DNA of 61,424 nt, counting the filler, from Nemertoderma westbladi (taxonomy: Eukaryota > Animalia > Xenacoelomorpha), in assembly GCA_032718475.1 (NCBI GenBank). It is 3 parts of 3 records of this genome, joined end to end, with 100 filler letters (N's around TTAATTAATTAA, not from the genome) between each part and the next. Parts side by side here need not be neighbours in the genome. Positions count along the whole stretch, not along the records: positions 52,201 to 61,424 come from JAUCBJ010000501.1; 2 more parts are not named here. One strand, given 5' to 3'. The notes below the pieces were generated by a model. That model had not been told where the DNA came from. It did not search any database and worked only from the letters and a program-made list of their open reading frames with translations. The position numbers were made by a program, and so were the translations under genes. The number at the start of each line of letters is the position of its first letter. The first letter of the stretch is position 1. Below are positions 52,201 to 61,424 of this stretch, piece by piece.

Positions 52201-52976
52201 TTGACGCCAAGTGTGTTCGGAATCTGGCCTCACGATTCTGGATACTTCTCGGCTACCGGATGATTTATTATCTTTCGTCAGCAGCTAACGACTCAGTCTC
52301 ATGGCTGGATCATTGTGTCTGTATGGGAAATATGTGCAGTCGAATTAATGATATGGATATTGTTTACAATACTACCTTCGATGATCACTTACCACTGGTT
52401 GTCGATGTTGAGACGTCCGAAACTACAGTGCCAGCGGACTCCTTTACTAGGGAGGCCAAACAAATTGCACGACCACAGAAGCCATGTTGGAACAAGGCAT
52501 CAGAATATCAACTCTCCGGGTATATGTCTTATACAGACCAGCTGCTACGGGAAATCCCTTTACCGTTCGAGTCTGTGTCGTGTCAGGATGATCATTGTAC
52601 TAACGAGGGTCACATCGCGGATTTGACTGAATATTATACCCGTATACAGTCGTTGCTCCTACAGGCAGCAACTGCTTGTATTCCTTGTACAAAGAGTATC
52701 GACGGTAATTATGATTATTTTCATAATGTTCCCGGTTGGAATGATGAAGTTGATCATTTGCATCGTATAGCGCAAGAATCCTTCCTCGACTGGCGGTCAA
52801 GTGGAAGTCCTCGGGAAGGTCCCCTGTCTCGCTTAATGTCAACAACACGGGCCCAATTTAAACGCCGACTCCGGTCGATAAAGAGCAACTCAGATAAGAT
52901 AAAATTTGATCGTATCGCAAAAGATTTGTACGATAAAGACTGTTATAAATTTTGGTCCAAAGTACGGCGTTTAAAT

Positions 52977-54610
52977 AAGCAACAGGTACCACTCCCCCCA
53001 ACTGCGAATGGTGTAACCGGCTCTCACAAACAACAGGTACCACTCCCCCCAACTGCGAATGGTGTAACCGGCTCTCACAAACAACAGGTACCACTCCCCC
53101 CAACTGCGAATGCTGTAAACGGCTCTCACAAACAACAGGTACCACTCCCCCCAACTGCGAATGCTGTAACCGGCTCTCACAAACAACAGGTACCACTTCC
53201 CCCAACCGCGAATGGTGTAACCGGCTCTCACAAACAACAGGTACCACTCCCCCCAACTGCGAATGGTGTAACCGGCTCTCACAAACAACAGGTACCACTC
53301 CCCCCAACTGCGAATGCTGTAACCGGCTCTCACAAACAACAGGTACCACTCCCCCCAACTGCGAATGCTGTAACCGGCTCTCACAAACAACAGGTACCAC
53401 TCCCCCCAACTGCGAATGCTGTAACCGGCTCTCACAAACAACAGGTACCACTTCCCCCAACCGCGAATGGTGTAACCGGCTCTCACAAACAACAGGTACC
53501 ACTTCCCCCAACCGCGAATGGTGTAACCGGCTCTCACAAACAACAGGTACCACTTCCCCCAACCGCGAATGGTGTAACCGGCTCTCACAAACAACAGGTA
53601 CCACTTCCCCCAACCGCGAATGGTGTAACCGGCTCTCACAAACAACAGGTACCACTTCCCCCAACCGCGAATGGTGTAACCGGCTCTCACAAACAACAGG
53701 TACCACTTCCCCCAACCGCGAATGGTGTAACCGGCTCTCACAAACAACAGGTACCACTTCCCCCAACCGCGAATGGTGTAACCGGCTCTCACAAACAACA
53801 GGTACCACTTCCCCCAACCGCGAATGGTGTAACCGGCTCTCACAAACAACAGGTACCACTTCCCCCAACCGCGAATGCTGTAACCGGCTCTCACAAACAA
53901 CAGGTACCACTTCCCCCAACCGCGAATGGTGTAACCGGCTCTCACAAACAACAGGTACCACTTCCCCCAACCGCGAATGGTGTAACCGGCTCTCACAAAC
54001 AACAGGTACCACTTCCCCCAACCGCGAATGGTGTAACCGGCTCTCACAAACAACAGGTACCACTTCCCCCAACCGCGAATGGTGTAACCGGCTCTCACAA
54101 ACAACAGGTACCACTTCCCCCAACCGCGAATGGTGTAACCGGCTCTCACAAACAACAGGTACCACTTCCCCCAACCGCGAATGGTGTAACCGGCTCTCAC
54201 AAACAACAGGTACCACTTCCCCCAACCGCGAATGGTGTAACCGGCTCTCACAAACAACAGGTACCACTTCCCCCAACCGCGAATGCTGTAACCGGCTCTC
54301 ACAAACAACAGGTACCACTTCCCCCAACCGCGAATGGTGTAACCGGCTCTCACAAACAACAGGTACCACTTCCCCCAACCGCGAATGGTGTAACCGGCTC
54401 TCACAAACAACAGGTACCACTTCCCCCAACCGCGAATGGTGTAACCGGCTCTCACAAACAACAGGTACCACTTCCCCCAACCGCGAATGGTGTAACCGGC
54501 TCTCACAAACAACAGGTACCACTCCCCCAACTGCGAATGGTGTAACCGGCTCTCACAAACAACAGGTACCACTCCCCCCAACTGCGAATGGTGTAACCGG
54601 CTCTCACAAA
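52977..54610 (+). repeat. 51-bp in-frame minisatellite (~32 units, KQQVPLPPTANGVTGSH) inside LINE ORF2
   Basis: Seen directly; one unit near 54525 has lost a C. Confidence 0.97.
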
Positions 54611-56114
54611 AACGCAGAGATGTGGGGTGATCACTACGAAGGTATCTTTAATATGTTCCCTCGAGAATCCGAGTCTGAATCTCCTAAACCGACTTACAAG
54701 GACGCGTTTAAGGATATCAAATATGGGGCCGATATGATAATCAAAGCTTCCGAGATATCTGGTTCAATCGCGAAATTAGAGTGCAATAAGGCGGTGGGAC
54801 CGGATAACTTAACAGCTGAACATATTAAGTGTGCCAGTAGCCGCAAAGTCACGTGTTTATCTTTGTTATTTAGTGCTTGTAATAAACACGGTGTCCTCCC
54901 TAATAACCTTATACAGTCGATCATAACCCCGATAATTAAAGAACAAATGCGGTGACATAAAGTACAAGTCTAATTATAGGCCCATATCTATGAGTAATAT
55001 AATTTGTAAGCTCCTCGAGCACTTATTTTTATCACGAGCAGAGTCTTCCTTGAACACAACTAATCAATTTGGTTTCAAGAAAGGCTCTGGTACGAAACTG
55101 TGTGTGTGTGTACGTGTGTGGGTACGGAACACTATAAAGGAAATTATAAACTATTACCTACACAACACGGTAATAATGTTTACGTTTGTTTTCTGGATGC
55201 TTCAAAGGCTTTCGACTGTGTACAACATTCATTATTATTTAATAAATTAATTAAGACTAATGAGCCGCTTTTTATTATTCGTATTTTATCATGCATGTAT
55301 TGTAATCAGTCGATGTTTGTTAGATGGGATGGAGATGCCTCACGTTGTTTTATCTGTACCAACGGTGTCAAACAGGGAAGTCTTTTTGTCACCGATTTTA
55401 TTCAACTATTTCATAAATAAATTAAGTATCAAACTAACAGACTCTGAATTAGGTTGTATTTTGAATGGCTCGGTAATAAATCATCTGATTTATGCCGATG
55501 ACAATTGCCTGATTTCAATAAATCCGTGTTCCTTACGCTTACAGTCTATGATTAATATCTGTGTTAACTTTGATAATGCTAATAATATGGCATTCAATGC
55601 AAAAAAAATCAGAGTGTATGTTTTTCCAGAGTAAATTCCGTAACCGTGTAATTATGGCACCTACCTTAAACTTGGACGGTAAAAGTTTATCTTTTGTAAG
55701 CACTTTTAAGTACTTGGGCCATAAGATTTCCTCTGACTTCTCTGATGATATTGACATACTGAATCAAACGCGATTATTTTACTGTAGAGCCAATTTATTA
55801 ATTAGGCGGTTTAGTAACTGTTCTATCAATGTTAAGAAAGTCCTATTTACCTCTTACTGCTCAACAATTTAATGATGTTCACTTTCGTCCGAATTATATT
55901 TTCTACAATCGAATTTTAATAAATTACACGTAGCGATTAATAAATGCGTTAGATCACTGTTTCATATTAAATTATATAATAGGGACACTGATGAAATTAC
56001 TAGTGCAAGTCTAATGTTGGTTAATTTAAATATTCGTTCCCTTAAGGTAATTTTAAGATTATCCCATTTTAGCTTGCATAATCGTATAAATTTGTCTTCG
56101 AGCTCTTAATTTGT

Positions 56115-56407
56115 TATAACTTTTTGTTGGGCACAGCTTTTGCAAAGACGGCAATGACGTCCAGGTGGGATCGAACTGGTGACCTCCGGGTTGGAGGTCT
56201 GACGCTCTAACCATCAGCTAGCGGCCAAGGTAAAAGATAGACCTGGAAATACTATCTGATACCTTGTATGTCCGCAATTTACCTCCTCATGGCCTCCCAT
56301 CTGTCAATACCATCATCTGCTACCACTGTGCTCACTCAACCCTACAGTACTCGGCCGCCTTTAACCACTCGCTACAATGAAAGGGTAGTGTATACACCAA
56401 TAATAAA
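56115..56407. mobile_element. Short retroposon-like insert containing a tRNA-derived module (56155-56226, - strand)
   Basis: 11-bp TSD tcttaatttgt (56104-56114; 56408-56418); the - strand reads ggccgcTAGCTGATGGttagagcgtcagacctccaacccggaggtcaccaGTTCGATCC (A and B boxes). Confidence 0.75.
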
Positions 56408-57349
56408 TCTTAATTTGTGTCCGAAATACTTGTCGTGCGAAATCAACTATGTACTATACTTTTAAATTAATATATTTTAACTACGAACACACGAAGAACC
56501 TATATTTTAATGCTTAATGTTATTATTTAATTTAATTGTAATTTGTGCCATTAATTTTGGATATGACCATGTTTTGGTTGAAATAAATAAATAAAATAAA
56601 TATACAAATTAAATTGATGTAGTTTTTTTAAGGCATTTTAATAGTAATAATATTAACATTAATAGGTATAGTAATAGTAATATTTCATAAAATAATAATA
56701 GTAATAATAAATAGTAATAAACTTACTGTCGTATGTCCAATCTTGTAAATCTGAAATATAAAATAAATTATTATAGTGGTAAAATAAGTGATGGTGTAAT
56801 TAATGAGATTTGGTTTTTCTGATTAGAGCAAAAACCCCCGATTACAATTGTAAATATCAATTAAATAAATATAACCCGAAATTATAAATAACGAATATTA
56901 TGATGGCATGAGCCCTTCTCTTTATATCTGCGCGCCACAACGTCAAAATAGAACAACACTAGCTATGCTACTGTTCTTTTTTGTCATTTAAAATCTATAT
57001 CTACTATACTATTACATTACTATCACAAACATTACAAATTTTAGGTAAATAAACGTTACATTGTACGAGCTCTATGAGCACTATTGATTGATTGATTAGC
57101 TCAATTATGCATATATTATAGGCCTACCCAATTAGCGTCTCATATTGTTTATCATTCCAATATAGGTAAAATCATGAAAAATAATCATAAAATTATATAG
57201 AAAGTTAATTGTAAGCAACGAGAATGTCAGTAGACAGACACAAAAGATCGCAAAACAAAACTACATAATTTATTATATTTATAATTGTGGCGCAACAACA
57301 TTAAAAAATGTGCTACGTTATAACATTTTTGCCTCTTAAACCGGGTTCA

Positions 57350-58075
57350 AACTCTACTTACCAACAGAAAGCACAACTCCAGCAACCAAGGAGCCCAACA
57401 CAGCCACAGCAAGTAAACTCTACTTACCAACAGATAGCACAACTCCAGCAACCAAGGAGGCCAACACAGCCACAGCAAGTAAACTCTACTTACCAACAGA
57501 AAGCACAACTCCAGCAACCAAGGAGCCCAACACAGCCACAGCAAGTAAACTCTACTTACCAACAGATAGCACAACTCCAGCAACCAAGGAGGCCAACACA
57601 GCCACAGCAAGTAAACTCTACTTACCAACAGAAAGCACAACTCCAGCAACCAAGGAGGTCAACACAGCCACAGCAAGTAAACTCTACTTACCAACAGAAA
57701 GCACAACTCCAGCAACCAAGGAGGCCAACACAGCCACAGCAAGTAAACTCTACTTACCAACAGAAAGCACAACTCCAGCAACCAAGGAGCCCAACACAGC
57801 CACAGCAAGTAAACTCTACTTACCAACAGATAGCACAACTCCAGCAACCAAGGAGCCCAACACAGCCACAGCAAGTAAACTCTACTCACCAACAGAAAGC
57901 ACAACTCCAGCAACCAAGGAGACCAACACAGCCACAGCAAGTAAACTCTACTCACCAACAGAAAGCACAACTCCAGCAACCAAGGAGGCCAACACAGCCA
58001 CAGCAAGTAAACTCTACTTACCAACAGAAAGCACAACTCCAGCAACCAAGGAGGTCAACACAGCCACAGCAAGTA
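57350..58075 (+). repeat. 66-bp tandem repeat x11; candidate mucin-like (Thr/Pro/Ala) exon array
   Basis: An alternative frame reads KLYLPT-ESTTPATKEPNTATAS with no stops; each unit is 45 nt plus gtaaactctacttaccaacag. Confidence 0.85.
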
Positions 58076-58568
58076 TTTGAGGTCGACTAAACATCTTGAA
58101 GTACTGCAAATATAGAATTGTGAAAAATGTTAAAACCTGATGTTGAATTAGTAGATTGATAGTACAGAAAATCTGCGAATTAATATCACACCTCAATGCT
58201 AAATTATTAATTTAGGGAAAACAGCAGGTTACAGTGGCACGTTATTCTAAAGAAAGTAATTATAACAGGATTACAGTTTTATTTTTCACATCGGAAGACT
58301 AAAATATTACAATAGGCAATGAATGATTTTGTTGTCAAGGAGACTTAAGACTTCTAATTGCCATGTGCCCAAAGTTACTAATGGCAATGTCAAAAATCTT
58401 TAATTTGGGTTTTCGGCTTGTCGTAGGGCCGCATTGTCAGGATACTGGCGCCACAGTTTTAGTAAGTAAGCCACATCTTACGTTTAGTATAATTCTAGAA
58501 CACAGATTAATGAAAATTTTTTTTTAACATTTCCTGTTTCAGAAGTAATAACTATTTACATACTTGTG

Positions 58569-58724
58569 TGTAAAGTAGCACTTTACAGTGTGATGATCCG
58601 AGGCACTTTGCAACAAGTATGTATGTAGTTTTATTTCAAAATTGTTATGTAAAGTAGCACTTTACAGTGTGATGATCCGAGGTACTTTGCAACAAGTATG
58701 TATGTAGTTTTATTTCAAAATTGT
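58569..58724 (+). repeat. 79-bp tandem duplication
   Basis: tgtaaagtagcactttacagtgtgatgatccgagg..ttcaaaattgt occurs twice. Confidence 0.9.
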
Positions 58725-59325
58725 AACATTACGAAATGATTGTATATATTAAAAGTGATAGAAACTACACAAATTAAATAAGTTGCTGTATAAATAAATG
58801 TAAAAATGAGATAAATTATGTTATAAATAAATTAGCTCATATTTATGGTGGCGTTTGGAGCTATGTTAACTGTTTAGGGCTACTGGTAATTAATAGCTAT
58901 ACCCCGCCTACCGGTGGGGAATACAGTAGGCCTATCTGGCTGTCAAGCAAATACCACCTATTGTTAACGTGGTAACCAATGACGGCGTTAAGTAATGTCC
59001 ACTAAGGGGACATTACTTAACTACTAACACCAAATACAATACTAAATGTACGGGCCAATACAACGCTGTAATGTCCTCAAAAGTTGTAAAGTGCTGTTAA
59101 TACTAACGGCGTTGAGTAATGTTGCAATTTTGGAATAAAATCTTTATTATGTCCCATAATTTGGAAATAATATGGTCATTGAAAATGGTGCTTAAACAAA
59201 AAATAATTTTAATTTAATCATAATTATTAATAGATGGACAAATAAAATAGGTGTCCAAAGCGTCTATTGAAATATATACAGACGGACAAAAGCGCCGCCT
59301 AAAGTCAGCAGAAATTATTACCAAA

Positions 59326-60130
59326 AATTATTAATTATAATAATTTGAAATTATTAATTATAATAATTTTAATTATTAATTATAATAATTTTAATTATTA
59401 ATTATAATAATTTTAATTATTAATTATAATAATCTTAATTATTAATTATAATAATTTTAATTATTAATTATAATAATTTTAATTATTAATTATAATAATT
59501 TTAATTATTAATTAAAATAATTGTAATTATTAATTATAATAATTTTAATTATTATTAATTATAATAATTTTAATTATTATTAATTATAATAATTTTAATT
59601 ATTATTAATTATAATAATTTTAATTATTATTAATTATAATAATTTTAATTATTATTAATTATAATAATTTTAATTATTATTAATTATAATAATTTTAATT
59701 GTTAATTATAATAATTTTAATTGTTAATTATAATAAATGTAATTATTAATTATAATAATTTGAATTATTAATTATAATAATTTGAATTATTAATTATAAT
59801 AATTTGAATTATTAATTAAAATAATTGTAGTTATTAATTAAAATAATTGTAATTATTAATTAAAATAATTGTAATTATTAATTAAAATAATTGTAATTAT
59901 TAATTATAAAAAATTTTAATCATTAATTATAATAATTTGAGTTATTAATTATAATGCCAGCCTTTGCAGGAGGAAGCGGTGAGATCGGGGCTCCTGGGTA
60001 ACAAATAATTTTAATTATTAATTAAAATAATTTGAATAATTAATTATAATAATTTGAATTATTAATTAAAATAATTTGAATAATTAATTATAATAATTTG
60101 AATTATTAATTATAATAATTTTACTTATAT
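59326..60130. repeat. AT-rich 21-24-bp quasi-palindromic satellite
   Basis: (aattattaattataataattt)n, interrupted at 59955-60003. Confidence 0.95.
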
Positions 60131-61424
60131 TAATTATTTATCACAATAAATTAATTTAATATTTTAATATATTCTTTTAATTTTTTAATTTTAATTTTAT
60201 TTTTTTAAATTTTAGGTTGATGACCCTAACAGCAGCGAAATGGATCTCTCAAAATTAACTGGTGTCAAACGGATACCATCATAAGTTGTGCACTACCGCC
60301 AAATGTTGGAGGCCCTTGGAATCCTCTGTCTGCTGGCAGTGCAACGAAACTGCATCAAAGGACCACTTCTCGAATCTTCTCGAATTGCCCATCATTGCCC
60401 AAATTCACAAATGGTCTTCGCTGTGCCCTATACCTCGAGATACTCACCCGAGCCCAACCTGACACAAACTAGTTAATTACATTTTATTTATTTATTTATA
60501 TATAATACTCAATTTTAGTGTAATTTTTCATAATTAGTGCACATTTTAATTCCAAATGTTTGGACTAATAAACATTATTATTATATCTAATATTTTAATT
60601 TGAATTCATATTATTTACGAACATAATTATCTTATCCAGTAACCGGACAATTCGGTCTAGATATTTAATTCCCGGAGAATTCAGTCCGGATAACTTGGTC
60701 TCGGACAATTGGTTTTGATACGGAATTGTACTAGAATATTAATGTGCGATGGTGGTGTAGGGGACGAATGACTGAATGTTGGTAATTGTCGATTTGCGCT
60801 TTTAAGGACCAACAATCAAGATATATCTTAGCCGTTACCATGACAATGATTTTATTTTTAGTTGCAGACATTCATTTAAATGCGAAAGTTATGTTTCTAC
60901 ATAAGGAAAATAATTCAAAAAGAAAAAAAATGAAACAATATCCACAATCTATCATAAAAATATCTACATGATCACCCCAAATAATACTCACCTCTCTTCA
61001 CCCAAACAGATGGGGAATAATAACAGAATGCTTAACTCGGTCCTTCAGACACAAGGAAACGCCCTCTATGAACTCCCAGTGGGCTTTTATAGGTCTTATA
61101 AGGGGCGTTCCTCATTTTGGCACATTTATGTCAGGCTAAGTTGGTGATGAATGACATGGTTGTCATGTCAACGATGAAACATAAGAAGTTGATTGGTGGA
61201 CTTTGTTACAATGTTGGGTTCCAGGATTTCCAAGAATAATTTCGAGGGGCCTACAGACAATGTATTTAAACACATACCTTTACTTTTATATCAAACCGTA
61301 TGATGTAGGTCTATGGTTTGGAATATTCCCAGATTATATCATTTGTTCAGATAGTATATATCATTGGGATTTTAATTAATATGCCAAATTTTTGAAAATT
61401 TACATGCATGTATGTCAGTAGAGG

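Larger units (their letters stand above)
52201..56600 (+). mobile_element. RTE-X-like LINE ORF2 pseudogene with A-rich 3' end
   Basis: SWLDH, DDHLPL, VPGWN, KAVGPD, NYRPIS, QFGFK, FLDASKAFD, GVKQG, LIYADD, KYLGH, RANLLIRRF; aaataaataaa tail at ~56580-56600. Confidence 0.93.

Noticed and set aside
52858-54581. Antisense 554-aa and 536-aa ORFs
   Set aside because: Shadow frames of the 51-bp repeat.
56155-56226. Functional tRNA-Trp gene
   Set aside because: Acceptor and anticodon stems pair poorly, and it lies within a TSD-flanked insert.
57308-58090. 260-aa Gln-rich single-exon protein from the ORF track
   Set aside because: Not excluded, but the variant pattern and splice-like borders favour the Thr-rich frame.
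58569-58724. C/D snoRNA pair (TGATGA motif)
   Set aside because: No D box (CTGA) or terminal stem in the unit.

Overview
AT-rich eukaryotic (probably invertebrate metazoan) DNA. It is three pieces joined by artificial 100-bp N/TTAATTAATTAA spacers (1-28627, 28728-52100, 52201-61424), so adjacency across the spacers means nothing. Most of the window is decayed mobile DNA: RTE, RTE-X-like, CR1/L2-like and CRE-like LINE remnants; Academ-, hATm- and MULE-type transposase remnants; MITEs with clear TIRs/TSDs (piggyBac-, P- and Merlin-like); a tyrosine-recombinase + SET remnant; and many tandem arrays (14, 21, 30, 41, 51, 66, ~120 bp units). The only clearly intact host-type gene is an intronless, divergent VPS33B-like Sec1/Munc18 ORF (47002-48885, -). 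The most intriguing structures are: a 66-bp array that parses as 11 copies of a 45-nt mucin-like exon separated by frame-preserving 21-nt GT..AG spacers; a 51-bp in-frame minisatellite born inside a LINE ORF2; MITEs carrying perfect heat-shock-element motifs; and a TSD-flanked insert with an internal antisense tRNA-like module. All family calls come from motif recognition by eye, with no database searches.
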